Assembly (NCBI GenBank): GCA_000320545.1
Contig: ADNK01000870.1
Span: forward strand, 124,001-188,000
Length of the DNA: 64,000 bases
Direction: 5' to 3'
DNA from: Bigelowiella natans CCMP2755
Lineage: Eukaryota > Protista > Cercozoa
Below the pieces are notes generated by a model. That model did no database searches and was not told the origin of the DNA. It saw nothing but the letters and a program-made list of their open reading frames with translations. Of this stretch, positions 1 to 14,760 are shown piece by piece. Numbering within the stretch: the stretch's first letter is position 1; each line of letters opens with the position of its first letter. The position numbers were made by a program, and so were the translations under genes.

Positions 1-828
1 TTGCCTTCAAAGGCAGCACATGAATCCTCCTCATCTCCCGTAAAGCTGACAGAGGAGGATGAGATACGGCAACTTTTGTTGCTGCATGGGCTATTCCTCT
101 CGGAGGCTTGCAAGCAACCACCTCAAAATCGACCTCCTTGATCTGCAATCGGGTTCCTAAAGGAAGAGCAACCCCAAAACAATCCAAATTATACTCATTT
201 GCAGACGATGTTATTTAGGATTGCTGAGATAGCGGAAAAGAGATTCTGACCTATTTCGAACACGGTTGGTGTTCGAAGGCTTTGTAGGTGCGGAACAATG
301 TAATTGTTGACCAGGTCGTTGTCTTGACTGGGTGATGAATCACTAAACTTTATGTCTTCCGGTAATGTTTCTTCATAAGGCCGCAATGATATTCTGGAAA
401 CAGTTTCCACGTAAATAGGAACAATGCAACATGTTAACCAAGAAATGACCAAGTTTTTATGTTAAATTCTTCTCAAAAACTTTTTCAAATTGAACATGGT
501 TGTACCTTTCTAGGTTGGGTAGGAAATTCTTTGAGTTCTGCCCTCCAGAATCTTTCCCATCTGCAAGATCCGCCCTATTTCTCCCTCTCGAATTTGTAGT
601 TTTCTCTTCTCCAGTTTCAGGCCAAAACCTATCACATGCAATATTTAAAAGAAGCGAATGAAGAAAGTCTCGATGTAATATCATTCTTAGTCCCCCTCAT
701 TTAAATCCAACGACTTACCCAATAAATCCACAACGGGGACACTCATCACTTGGTGATTTATGTTTGTCCTTGTCAATATATGCCCCGCAGTTCGGACACT
801 GCAGCTGGATGCTCGTTTTCGAGCCCAT
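1..828 (-). CDS. Partial multi-exon gene, runs off the left edge; protein with Cdc48/p97 N-terminal-subdomain-like segments
   Basis: Splicing ATAG|gt (~250) to tttag|GA (~156) gives RISLRPYEE...DLVNNYIVPHLQSL...GTRLQIKEVDFEVVACKPPRGIAHAATKV...RRIHVLP, resembling the p97 N-domain pattern (RIHVLP, YLKPYF, VEFKVV). Candidate start ATG at 828 (MGSKTSIQLQCPNCG) is uncertain. Confidence 0.45.
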
Positions 829-1012
829 AACTTTTGTAGATCTAAGACTTTTCAGGAACTCGTATTTTCACGCAATGCTCGAGCTTAAAGGACGCAAGCG
901 GAGCCTTCCTTCCTTCTATTATCGTTTTTATGAGCTTGCGTTATGTCTACGTGTTTGTGCGTGTTAGGGAATCTATTCGCTTGACTGACTGTGCCACCCG
1001 TAAGCTTTCTCT

Positions 1013-1052
<40 letters not shown>

Positions 1053-1580
1053 AAGCGAAGAAGATTTCTTTCTGTGTTTACTAGATCTAGTAGTACACAC
1101 AACATCTAGGCTTTATCTCCTGTCTCTCTCTCGTTCCATATGTCGCACTCTCTCTTTCTCTCTTCCTGTCTCTCTCCATTTTCTTGTTGCATTTTAGCAG
1201 ACAATTATGGTTTTTCTACCCAAATTCTGCCAAAATTCTGTCCTGATCTCTTCCGGGAGCACGTAGACTTTTTACCCTGAACTTACAGGCGAAGCATTTG
1301 TCGCACCTTCAAAAGAGTGGTTAAAAACAGCCAGGAAATTCTTTCTCGGCACTCCGCTTCGAAATTGCGCGGCATTGCTCTACTTCAAAAGATCCGCTTT
1401 CCCGGTTTTATTCATAAAACTGTATAAATAAGAACTGTTTGCAGTATATATTTGGCATATGTAGGAATATATGAGTTAAATGGCGTGATTTCTCTACTTC
1501 CTAGTCAGTGGGAAAGGCTCTCGTGCTGCCTGAATCTTCGAAAGGGAGGACAGACAGTTTGAAGACACCATCTCGTCATC

Positions 1581-3571
1581 ATGGACAAGGTAGTACGATG
1601 GCGAATATGGTAGGGGAAAAATAACGAATGATATTATTACAATTAGGAATACGATTTCATAGTGCTAGGAACTGGACTAAAGGAGTGCATCCTTTCCGGG
1701 CTGCTCTCAACAAATGGATACAGCGTGTTGCACATGGACAAACGTGCCTATTACGGGGGTGAATCTGCATCGCTAAACCTCAACGATCTGTTTAAAAAAT
1801 TTGAAGGCCTTGAAAAGGCACCTGAGGATGCTAAGCTGGGAAGCTCGCGTGATTACTGTGTCGACCTGTGCCCAAAGCTACTAATGGCAGACGGTGTTGA
1901 CATTTATGGAAATCGTTTTCCTCGTGCTGAGATTCTATGATAATTAGGTGATCTTGTCAAGATTCTTCTTTCCACGAAAGTAACGCGTTACTTGGAATTT
2001 AAAAGTGTCGCAGGATCCTTCGTTTACAAACAAGGAAGGATCCATAAGGTTCCAGCCACTACTGGAGATGCATGGCGTTCCTCTTTACTCGGAATGATGG
2101 AGAAGTATAGATTCAAAACTTTCTTGGATTTTGTGATGGCTTTTGACCAAAATAACAAGAGAACTTGGCCAAATAATATGGATTGCACCAAAGTGCCGAT
2201 GTCTGAGGTGTACTCATACTACAAGCTGGGGGATAACATTCAAGAATTCGTCGGGCATGCTGTCTGCTTGTATCTGGACGAAAAGTAATTGAATACCAAT
2301 GTTTCAAACTAAAGTCGTTCATTGTTTAGTAAGAGATGGGCCCAATAATTCAAAAAAAATTGATTTATCATTGTGTCTTGTTATTGTAGTTATAAGAAGG
2401 AAGCTGCTATTATCACCATTAAAAGGGCGAAGCTCTATGCATACTCTGTGAATCGCTACGGAAATTCCCCTTACATTTATCCTGTTTGGGGTCTCGGAGG
2501 ACTTCCGGAGGGATTTTCTCGGTAACAACAAATAGTAACATCATGTTCCATTCTACAAACCTTAAGGGTTCCGATAACTTCAATTTCAGCTTGACCGCTG
2601 TTCATGGTGGAGTTTATATGCTGAACAAGCCACTCATCAAATTGCATGAAGATGGGGGTAAAATCGTAGGCGTTGAATCAGTCGACGAGGTATTTAACGG
2701 TTTATTTGAAATCTGCATCTTCTTGATCTAAATTTGACACCATTGCTCAGGAAAACAAGAATGCTACAGCCAAGGCTAAAATGGGTGTCCTTGCCGACCC
2801 AACATATTTCGTCGGCGAGAAGGGCGTTGGGGAGGAAATCAAACAAATTGGTCAAGTTGCGAGGTGGATCTGCATTATGGACCATCCTATTCCAGGAACA
2901 AAAGACGCAGATTCATGTCAAATCATTCTCCCATCAACTCAACTAAAACGAGATACAGGTAGTAGTAAGTGTATGTGGCATTGTCGAGTGAGATTGCGAG
3001 TGAGAAAATGGACATGGTCTGAATATTCATTCCATATCCTTGTTTGTTTTTTAATCCTTGTTTTCTTATTCCTTTAGTTGCCTAAATATTTCTTTGTTTC
3101 CTTAGACATCTACGTGTCGATGGTTTCATATAAGCACAATGTTGCTTCCAAGGGCCATTACGTCGCCATGATAAGTGCCAATGTGGAAGCAAAGAACGAC
3201 AAAGAAGCGAAACAGGAGTTGAAGGCTGCTTATGCTCTACTCGGCAAGACCAAGAAAGAGTGCGACACAAATGTTAACATAGCTCTCAAATATGATAAAC
3301 CTTTATATGTTAAGTATTACATATTGACATACACATGTTTTTTGCAGTAACGTTATCATGTTGTATTTTACTCCCCAGGTTCTTCTCCATATCCCCTGTC
3401 TACGCTTCCAACATTAATGATGATAAACGCTTGTTTATTACTGAGTCATATGACGCAACTACTCATTGGCAAACTACTTGCGAAGAAGTCATGCAGCTTT
3501 ATAAGCGAATGACGGGCAAGGACGTGGATCTTTCTATCGACCCTGCAAAATTGGGGGAGGATCCTGAATAA
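1581..3571 (+). CDS. GDI1: Rab GDP dissociation inhibitor (multi-exon)
   Basis: ATG GAC AAG|gt...ag|GAA TAC GAT gives [24 protein letters not shown]. Also has [41 protein letters not shown] and ESYDATTHW. All introns GT-AG; TAA at 3569-3571. Confidence 0.96.
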
Positions 3572-3599
3572 ATTCAACGTGCATATGCTACGCACATGA

Positions 3600-4760
3600 C
3601 ACACTGCAAACCTGCCTTCCTATTCCATACACACTCATGTGATTACTTACATTGAATTCATCATGTCAGTACACGTTGATTGATGTAAATTGGCATCATC
3701 AAAGATCGGATGCACAACGTATCAAGTTTGCTTGTTCATTGCTTGCAGCACTTGAGCGTGCTCACGTGCGTATATGTCCATTCACTAGTTCAGAATAGCA
3801 TGCACCCCGTCGCATCGATCGTGCATCAGATGTCTAGATGTAGCTAGCTGTGAATCTCTCGCTCGCGACGACATCACCGGCGGCCTAGATCACATCTAGA
3901 CTACATCCTCACTCAAAATGTGAGACGCTAGGACAATGTAATATAGTAAAAAACATGTCAAATTTTCAAGTGTCATCATCCTAGCAAGTGAGTGGTTTCA
4001 CAAAGCTATCTAGCTATGCGGCTGCCGCATAGCTAGCACTCTAGCTAGCTAGCAATAGCAGAGCTAGCAGGCAGCGCTCATATACATTTATTTATATTAC
4101 TCATTATTTGTTTGTCAATTATCACCGCCATTCTTACTAGCTCGCATTGTGTCCATCACGCTAGCATGTATCGCATCTGAATCATCTGAATGCATTGCAT
4201 AAATGCAAGATTGCACAGCTACATCAGGATGACCATTGAAAAAATTTAATTCTTCATTACATCCGTCTCATAAATGCAAGATTGCGTCGCTCACTTGAAT
4301 GAATCAAGTAGAAATTGTGCACACCTACTTGACCTAGCTAGCTAGCAGCTAGCTATTAGCTAGTGCTAAAGTGGAGTGCACCTGCTCTAGCTGCTAGCAC
4401 GCACTAGCTAGCTAGCTGCTAGCGCAAATCATGCTGGCATGCAGCATGGCTAGATGGCTAGATGGCTTATTTTTAAAATTTGACAGCACTAGCTAGCTAA
4501 AGCAGAGCAAAATTTAAGCACACAAAACAAGCGAATAGCGAACTTACTTGCCAGCTTGCTAGCTTGTCCCGAAACCAAATTTTCTAAAAAATGAAAATTT
4601 CACACCAAGCTAGCTAGCTAGCACTCCCAGCTAGCCAGTTAAGCCAGGCTCAGGCTAGCAGGCTAGCAGGGTATGCTAGTATGTGTTCGCCTTGACAACA
4701 ACACGAGCAGCTGTAAAGATAATGTAATGCCAAAGCATGAAGTACGGCGATGCAATGCAT
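3600..4760. other. Intergenic tract rich in self-complementary words (GCTAGC, CATG, TGCA, AGCT) with (GCTA)n runs; sister tracts at ~28480-29150, 32090-32900, 45180-45900 and 55780-57060
   Basis: Examples: tagctagctagcagctagct (~4335), aagctagctagctagc (~4607), gctagctagctagctagctc (~56587). Confidence 0.8.
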
Positions 4761-4932
4761 GTCATGATGCACAACGTCAGAAACTACTTCCATTGAGCAA
4801 GAATACGAAATGCCGAATCTACTTCCATTTTAGATTCCAATGAGAGCCTTGTAATGAGATAAATGTGTACACACACACAACACACCCACCATATGCATAA
4901 ATATTATTGTTATGATTCTCACTGGCCGGTGA

Positions 4933-7931
4933 TCATTGTGAGCGAGGGCGTGGAGTATTACATACTCCACACACATTCGCATATCTTGTGTTCTGGTACG
5001 TACACGACATGCACTCCCATAAAGCGTCGATAAGGGCACGCTTCTTCCTCGGAGGCTTATCTGTACCGCAGACGTTGCATTTGAGATATTGCTTCTCATT
5101 TCGAGTTGTACATGCTGGACACACCCAGACTGGTGGCTCAAAGTTATTAAGCAGATCTACAGAATCCTCATCATCAACTGTCGCCTCTCTTGCAATCTGT
5201 GTAGAAGGGGAAAAAAAAGGTTCAATTTTTAAATTTTTATCTTGAAGTGAATAATATATCCCTCCTCTTATGTTAACACTTAAGAGACACAATTGTGGAG
5301 TTAAAGATCAGCATATCGTATATTCATCTATAATATGGGGGTCACAGCTTCCACAACTACTTACCACCACCACCACCACCACCACCACCACCACAGAAGC
5401 AGCACCGGCAGCAGCAGCTTACCAACGTGATTGTGGTGAACACAGTAAGCCTCAATGTGTGGTTTGTTAACTTAATGTGAGACATGTAGTAATAATACAC
5501 CCATTCCTACTTAATGAACATGACATTGTTATTCTTCTATTTCCTTTCTTCCTGGAGGCATTGCTATCACGACTGACCTCCTGCTTACTACTATGATTGA
5601 TTGCTACTACTGCCACTACTACTAATACCACTACTACTACTACTACAACCAAGTACCTTTGGTGGCTTATCAGCGCCGCAGACACCACATGCCTTGTTTG
5701 AGGCTGGATTGAGAAAGGTACAAGCAGGACAGTTCCATTCTCCCTTCGAGCTGGTGCTTCCCTTCGTTTTCTTCTCGCTAAACTTTTTTAGAAGCTGTTT
5801 TGCAACACCTACATTTGTAAGAGAGAGAGGTTTGCCACCATCACAATCAATTTCATAGTTGTTTTTGAGTAGGAGAAACACACTGAGTCAATTGAGTATG
5901 ACGTATGAAGATAGTAGCTGAAAATGGAATAAACAATAGGTGTTTGAATAGCACCAGTGCCAGCAACGCAGAAGTCCTTGAAGTCTAGTCGTTTTGCATC
6001 AGGTTTACTAACAGCCTTCCCCATCGCTTTGAAGTCAGTAGGGTTGAAGGATGGCAAGAAGACAAGAATGTCTTCCAAACTCACATAACTGCAACAGGAT
6101 ATAAATAAAATGAACTACTCATTATAATGGTAGAGAAACTAAACACTGAATTGGAAATGGGAGTGTATGGTACATATATGCATCTGCGTGTATTGCGTTT
6201 TGACTTAATTCTAATTCGTATGTATTCGGAAAATAGGCAGCAGCAGCTGCAGCAGCACTAACTAGCAGAGCTGTTAGAATCACTAACTGACTGATAACCC
6301 ACCCTTTTTGGCCACGGTCGAGTGCCTCAAAGATCGGTCGGAAATGGAACGCTTTCTTCTCTTCAGCAATACGGCTTTCCATGGCCTCGATAGCAGCCCT
6401 TTCTGCAGCCAGGCGTTTCTTCCTGCGCTCCCCCTCTTCCACATACCGTTTTTTGAGATGATCTGGAAGCTTCAGAGGCGGATACTGCTTGAAATCTCCT
6501 CTCAGAAATCGTTCTTCGTCGTTCTTATAGTCTTCTTCAAGGCACAACGCCTCTAAAAATTCATACTTACTGATCTGTCCATCATTATCTTTGTCGCAAT
6601 GTGTCACAAGATGGCCTATCTCATCGTCTGTGAAACCAAGCTCTAGAAAACCGTCATTAAGTGCGAACCAAAGTTCTGTCTCATACAATCTTCCATCTCC
6701 AACTGTATCGAAGACGTCAAATGCGTCACGAATAAGAAGCCCCTTACGAAGAATAGCGTTGCGAATACGGAATAGTGCCGCACGATTGACAAGAACGTGG
6801 AAGTGATCCGTAAGCGAGAACACCTTGGCCAGGGGGGTATCATTATACCTTTGGCGGTCCCTCCTTCTGCATCGAAGTGCGTTTTCAAAGAAAGCTCTAC
6901 GGACAACTTTCTTCGTAGACTGTAGGCCTCGCATCAGCATTAGCAATTCGGTATCATCGTAGAAAAAGTCACAATTTATGAACCGGAAACAACCCATGGC
7001 ACTTTGTAAGTCAGCATTAGCGGAATGGTTATCTGGCACGTAGCGAGGAGATTGATCTATCAACATGCCTCCACCTTGCAGTAACCTCAGTCCTACTCCA
7101 ACCTTTGTCATTTAAAGAAGAAGAAGAAGAAGAAGAAGAAGAAGAAGAAGGTGTTGGTGAAATCATCATAAATAGGTAGTATATGGATAGATAGGCCCAG
7201 AGGGGGTGGGAGGGGGGGGAAAGGAGGAATAAGATCATCGCTAAATAAATAAATAAACAAGGGGGAGGAAGGTGATAAGTGAGTCATCAGTTATAATTAT
7301 GTACTTGGTGCTTGTTGGAGACTTGAAGTAGAGGATGATTTGAGTGAATTAGCCTCCGGATACTCTCAGCTTCGCTCAGAGAAATGCATACAAATCGACG
7401 GCTCATCGGTTGGGACGGACTGTAAATTGAGTGATGATAATAACATTATTAACCGTAATAATAGCCAAAAGTGATGATGATCATGATCATGAGCTGATGA
7501 AGACAACAACATTAACAACAATATACGTACAACTACTACTACTACTACAACTACTACTGTATCTTGTGATATCACCCCTTTCTTTATTATTAATGGCTGG
7601 TAACCTTTTTCCTTTTTCTTTATCTGTCACTAAAGAAGAAGAAGAAGAAGAATTCTTGGAGAAGGATCCACTTGACCATTGAAGCACCATCTGCTTGAAT
7701 TCCTCAAAACCTATCTTTTTACCGCCCCTCTTCCTCATCTTCGGGTCATCGTTCTCATGATCATCTTCATCGCCGTCCTTACCCATCATCATCATCATAT
7801 CCTCCAACTCCTTGGGAGAGAACTTCTCTCCCAAAATTCTCAGCAATGTTGTCACGTTATTAGCATTCATGTAGTTTTTGTTTTCAAAGTCAAGCAGTTG
7901 AAACATCCGAGCAAGCTGCTTCTCGTGAGGA

Positions 7932-7965
<34 letters not shown>

Positions 7966-9941
7966 GTGATGGCGATGTTGCCACCTTGTGCTTATCATCT
8001 TCTATGTCTTTCTTCACATCATTTTTGACATTCTCAGTGCTGCTGCTGCTGCTGCTGGTGGTGGTAGTAGTGGTGGTGGTGGACTGAGGACGCTGCCACT
8101 CGAGCACAGCTACAATATTCTTGAGCCTTCTTTGTCCGGTGCTTGCCCATTCGGGTCGGAAATAGTTATGCGATAGAAGCATATTATCGGGCACAGCAAG
8201 ATCCGACTTACCCACGCCTCGAAGCGAAAACTGCTTGAATTTGTAGAAGGCGTGACGCTCATGCACTGTTTGAGCCATAACGAACTTACGATGGTCTTTT
8301 CCTTCTTCATCTTCAAGATAAAGAATATCTTGTGGGTTCTCAGTAAGCTTCAATACAGCCCAAGGTACATGACTTTCGTCTTCCCGGGAAAATCGAAGTT
8401 GTACTTGCTGTTCTTGTTCAACTTGTTTTTCCTTCTGTTTTTGTGCCTCTTGTTCAGCCTCTTGGACCATCTCTTGGTTGAGGGATTTCTGACGAGAAAG
8501 TTCTAAAGGATTTCCAGCGTTTGAGGCAAGCATCTGGATGTGGTCCAAAGTCTCAAGAGCTTTCTTCGCCTCATTTATGCTGCTACTTCTGCCTCCTCCT
8601 CCTTCTTTTTTTTGTTTGGAGAGCGTGTTGTTGTTGTTGTTGTCGTCGTAAAGCACATGCTTATGCTCTGAGACCATGCTATCTAGCATACCAACGAAGC
8701 TTTTCTGCTCCAAGACTGCCTTACTGCGCACAGAGAAATCAACTTTCTCTCGGAACAGCATAATAGCCTTGCGAACACCCTCCATCTCTTCCCCAAAGTC
8801 CTCTTGAAATCGCCAACACCTCCTCTGTCTTGAGAGAGCACCCTGCTGTTTCTCCCCTCCTACGTCTGTTGCTTTCAGCAGTTTCTTGTGACATTTCTTT
8901 CGGAAAACATTGGCCGTATTCTGAATGCAGAGCTGCATGAACTGAAGTTTCTCCGATCTCATCGAGTTGACAAGGAGCCATGCATTGACGTCCCGCTGTA
9001 GAGAGCCTGAATCTCCAACTTCCTTCCTTACAAGTTTACGAACTTCTGGGATGATATATAGGTGAATCGTCTGCCCCTGTCCAATTCCACGCATACGATA
9101 ACATCCTTGTGAGAAATCTCTGTGAGTCATGTCTTTACCAAGTGTGACAACTGCTGTAGCATTCATAGCTTGCTTGATGTCCATTCCAGTCGTGTGGACT
9201 TGATCGTAGAAAGAGAATCGTTTTGCAAGTTTTACACCACATTGCTTGAGAGGAATGCTCTTTCCAGATTTCAGCAGTGCCATTTGACGGTCTTCCCTGT
9301 CTAGGAACACGCAAGCATCCATTGTCTTAGACAAACCATTCTGCATCAAGAAACGAGCTACTTCTTCGTTTGTCATTCCTGTTACTAGAGCACCGGTGTC
9401 AATAAGAGCATTGTAAGGTGGTTGAGCGCTTGCAATCTTGGTAAGAAGGCCGTGTACTGTCCATGAATTTTGATTACGATGATGCTTCTTCTTCTTCTTC
9501 TCCTCCTCCTCTTTGGATTTCGCTGTAGTAGAAAGTGATGATGACGCTGCTGCTGATGATGATGACTTTTCATCATAATCATCGTTTGAAGGAGACAAGC
9601 TGTTCTTGTTGTTACTGCGAGGATCTTCATTCTTACTCTTCTTTCCTTCTTCTTCATGGCTATCATCGTCGTCGTTATCATCATCATTACTATGTTCTTC
9701 ATCTGGGTGAATGAGTTGATAAGATACGACTGATGGGTTTACGAGCGTGTGTATGATGCTTCCTTCTGATCCTTGTTCATATCCACATGCACCAAGCTCC
9801 AAAGGTAGCAGGTCCGATGGAGTACCTAGTAGAGAATAAGAGAAAGAATTGTTATATTTATTGTTACAATCGTTTTATCATTACCATTCTTCTTGTTCTT
9901 CTCCTTCGTATTGTGTGCGTGCATATGTGTGCATGTGTGCA

Positions 9942-9980
<39 letters not shown>

Positions 9981-11285
9981 AGTACCTGAGAAACCCAATC
10001 TTCTCGGAAAGAGAAGTTCGCCGCCAAGTTCCTGTCCGCTAGCACTGATCTTGGTTTCTTGGTGCTGCAAGGTGGCCGGAAACACCATTTGGTCGAGATA
10101 ATAATGCACAAGCTCTGGCAAAGACGCCACGCATTTGAATAGATTGTTAAGTTGGAAGAGGTCAGATAGCTGGAAGATGTGCAAAGGGTTCACGTTGTAC
10201 ACAGGAGCATCTGCCTCGCTCACCTAATCACAAACGATGACAACAAGCAGTAGCAATAGGAGATCATGGACTAAATTCGGGCTATTGCCGCAAAATAGAC
10301 AATAATATTTATATTATGGTCAAAAGCAGCAGCAGCATCTATTTACACGGAATGAATCATCAATGAATCAATGCACATGAGATATGACCATTTGGGACTG
10401 CTGTGTGTTCTCCATACGATGTTTGTGTTTATCCTCCTTTGATAGTGTACGCTTTAAGGTAAGATTCTGCATATCATAAATAGAGGAGAATCAAGTACTG
10501 AGGAAGGAGAAATACACATGATTTAAAACAAAAAGATCATCTTAACGCCACTTATGGGTAAAAACAACGACGATGATGATGATGAGAGTATGATGAATCA
10601 TAATGTGACTACTACTACTACTGACATGCTGTGATTCCTCTTGCTGGCGACGTCTCAGTCTCATCTTCTGTTTTTTGACCCAATCTTGTCTGAGACGAGC
10701 ATTTCCAACTTCAAGCCAACGCTTAAACCTCCTAGCAGATGGCCTCTCGGCAAGGGGTCCGACTTCTTCCCTAAGGCTGTTTTGTAACTGCTTGACAACT
10801 TCCACGATATCAGAGATTCTAAGACCCTCGTATCGATAGGCCAAAATGGACAGTCCTATCAGCACATCGGGTTGTGCAAACTCGGATGAATGGCTGGGAA
10901 CATCCTTTCCAACAAATGGTACAGCCATCAATTTCCTTGATGCTGGTGTATTCTGATCTACTCTCTCCATATCCTCCTTCAATAACAACCCGTATGAAAC
11001 TCGATCGATTTTTGTCAAAACGTGTGGTGCGTAGGACTGCAACCAATCAGCGGCAAGATTCAGCATCTTCTTCTGTGTTGTTTCATGGGTTGCCTCTATA
11101 GGTGATAATGATGACGACGATGGCGACTTTTCGAGGAATTCTTGCTCGCCCTTTGGTCCCTTTGTCAAATACGCAATAGCGTGGTCATCATTGAGTGTGA
11201 GTTGTATTAATTGCTTCGATCGTAACCATAGAAGCACCCATAGAGCTAATGCTGGTTTCAGCTTTTTGTGATACCTGAGCAGATA

Positions 11286-11319
<34 letters not shown>

Positions 11320-12004
11320 GAAGCAGCGACAGGTGGTAGTAATCGCAGCAGCAGCAGCAGCAGTAGTAGTAGTCGTAGTATATAGAATGGGACGAGGAGG
11401 AGGGGGAGGGGAGATACGAAAACACAAATAATAAAATAATACTACATACTACATAGTGCATTTATGGGTGTCTTCTGATTAATTGTTGTTATTATATTGT
11501 GATAATCGTAAAATTCTTATCCAAAGTGCACACACAAACGCTCATATTCTCCTTGTTCACTTTTCAAAACATTGGGTGATGATGATGATGATGATGAGTA
11601 CTACCACGCAGTGTCCAACAAAACAATATGAGGTGACGTCTGCAAGAATTGACCGGCAATTCCTTCTCTCAAGACGTCGTTGATGCGAAGAAGAATTTGT
11701 TGGCCATGAGACGATAATCCTGATATAGTTCTACCAACATCACCACCTACAATGGAAGATGATCCACTTGATGATGATGATGATGATAAACTGCCACCTG
11801 CCCCTTCCATACCTATCTTTACAGAAACACGCCCCGTGATAGAGAAGAAGATTGCATCGAGTAGGTGTACGGGTAGCTCCCAACGTAAAGGACTTAGATC
11901 CAAGGTTTTCTTGGGGCCAATAGGGAAGTTCAGCTCGGAACGAAGAGGATGAAGTAGCAGATCTACTTCGTCAAGTATCAGCACACCGTTATTGCTCCAA
12001 AGCC

Positions 12005-12036
<32 letters not shown>

Positions 12037-14716
12037 ATGATGATGATCACGACGATATGTGAAATATTAGACGACGATAAGGAACCATTAGAAAGATAAG
12101 GCGGAGACAGATTATTCGAATACAAGAGTTACAAAGCAGGGATGTCAGTAGCAATAGTGCTGTGCAGAACAAAGAGTGTTTGCTATATACAGAAATTAGT
12201 CATCATCATCATCAGCTGTCTAATGTATTAGAAAGGAAACCGCATGATTCTGGCAATTTCGTCCGCCATGACGCTCTTGATCCTTAGCCGTTTTTCGCCT
12301 ACTTTCGTAAGCCTTGGGGGAGCACATCTCATGGCATCAAGAAGCTCAATATGCTTTAGCATAAGACTCTTTATCGCCTCTGAAGTGGTTACCACAACCC
12401 CCTTTGTGGTTCTTGCATCTTTGAGCTTGGAGTACATTTTAGTTATCTCTCCTACCCATACACATGAGCGATCGAAGGAGAAAGTGTGTACACGTTTGGG
12501 AATGACCCTTGTGAAACGTGCACGCATGACATTTCTTGACATTTCAAGGAGAGATGAAGGAACGACGAGAGTGACTAATGATTTTCCATCCGCTAGGATC
12601 AGGGATAACATAGGGCCAACCACCTATAAGGAGAGAGAGAGAGGGAGGAGAAGGAGAAGGAAACGAGGAAAGAGAGAGGGAGAACAACATATAACTAATG
12701 ATCAGGACAAAATACTAAATTCCAAAGTTTTAGGGCATCGTAACTGTAGAGTAGGCGATTCTATGAGTAAACTGAGAAAATATACACGATTTTCTCCCCC
12801 CCCCCTTCCTCCTCTCCCTAATTTTCCTGTATTTGTTCTTGTTCTCCTTCTTCTTCTTCTTCTCCTTCACCACATGCATACCGTGCTTTTCCCTGCGCCC
12901 ATGATCATCTGCCTTACTAGACTCCGATTTTCTTTATTCGCAGCGAGAAAGGTGTTGATGAGAGCAACCTGCTTACTTCTAAGCAGGATATTGTAAAGGT
13001 ACTCGAAAATCAAATAGCGAGGGTCAAACTCCAGCTTGTGCGTCTTCTCTGCTGGCATTCCTGTTCCCATGCAGAAACGCCTTGAAGTCAAGAGCTTTGC
13101 AAGCTCTGTAGCTTTATGTCCCAACAACTTTTGCAACTCTTTGCGTGATTCGATGTCCATAGCGTCGAGGCCTTTTGAATGGGCCTGGAGGAGTTGTTGG
13201 AGGCTGAGAGCTCGTGAAAGGCAGCGATCAATACATCCCTGACGATTGACTCGAAGCATGAATCCGATTGTCATTCGCAAGATCAGTTTGATGTTCTTCT
13301 CGGTGAGGAAAGGATTTAAACGTAGCAGTTCTACACCAGGGTTAGCTGAGAGCGTCGTTGCACACAGATATCTAATATGTTATAATTATCGTCATTTTAT
13401 CATCATTCATTACTTCATGATATCATTATTGCTACTACAAAGGAACAGCAGCAAGGTCGTCTCATGTAGGAAAAGATAATTATGATGATGATAATTCAAA
13501 AATCCTTCTATATTCAAATCCTCCTCCTATTTTTTAAAATGCTTTCTACTGTCGTTATTTTCTCAATCATAATCGCCACCAAGAAGATAGTATTCAATCT
13601 TGACACCACCACCATCATCATCATCATTATAATTATTCAATTGATCATTGTTGCATACATGCATACATGCATGCATGGTTACTCACTCTAGCCAGATATT
13701 AGTCTCTGTCTGAGCTTTTCGTTGAAGAAGGAAGAGATATCGGTTTTCCTGCTGATTGAAACCATGTCGTTGTTCCATTGTTATCATCGCTGTATCTTCT
13801 CTTCTCCCCCCCGCTGCTTCTTCTTCATTTTCTTCCTCTTTCTCATCATCGTTTTGGTGAGAAGAAGCAGCAGCAGCAGCAGCAGGAGGAGGAGGAGGAG
13901 GAGGAGGAGCAACAGCCTGGATCAACTCCGACCAGCTTTCATCACTATTATTACTAGTTTTTGTACTGTTTTTGGGAGTGTTTCTTTTCTTCTCATCTCC
14001 TTGTTCGTTATCGTCGTCCTCGTTATCGTCATGTTGTAAAGGATCTCGTAGCTTAGGTAGAAGATCGCTACGATTCTGATCCAGTTCCACGTTATTTGCT
14101 ATTGTGATGAGATATTTGGTGAGCAAATGAATCTGGTTGGTGTCTTGTTGTCTTAATTCGAGTAGGTTTGTAATTAAGTTCTGGAGGAACGTGCTCCCCT
14201 TGGAACAGAGGGCGTTCAAAGCAGAGGCATCAGGATTCTCCGAGGATATGATATCAAAGTCATCGTCCATTAGACCAATCAAGCCGGGAACCTTCTTGGC
14301 ATTCTCCATCTCGGCATGTAGCTTTATATCTTTCTCTAATCGTTTCAACATCTCCCTGTTATCATGTTACAATAACAATGTTACGTTAGTGGGTGATACA
14401 TATAATGAGGATGGTGATGATGATGATAACGGCATGTAAGTAAAAGTAGTAGTAGTAGTTGTTTGTGCAGGAGATATACAGACATTAGTCAGTTGTTCCT
14501 CACTACTTCATTTTATCATTACCAGAATAAAAGCATAGCTTAACAAACCATACAGAGATACTATCATTATTGCTAATAGTAGTAGTAGTAGTAGTAGTAG
14601 TAGTCATGGTAGATTTTCTACTAGATATTCTTCTTCTTGTTCTTCCTGTTCTCCTCCAAGTCTCTCCCCCTCCCTCTCTCCTCCCTTTCTCAATAATCTT
14701 GATCTTCACTACCACC

Positions 14717-14760
<44 letters not shown>

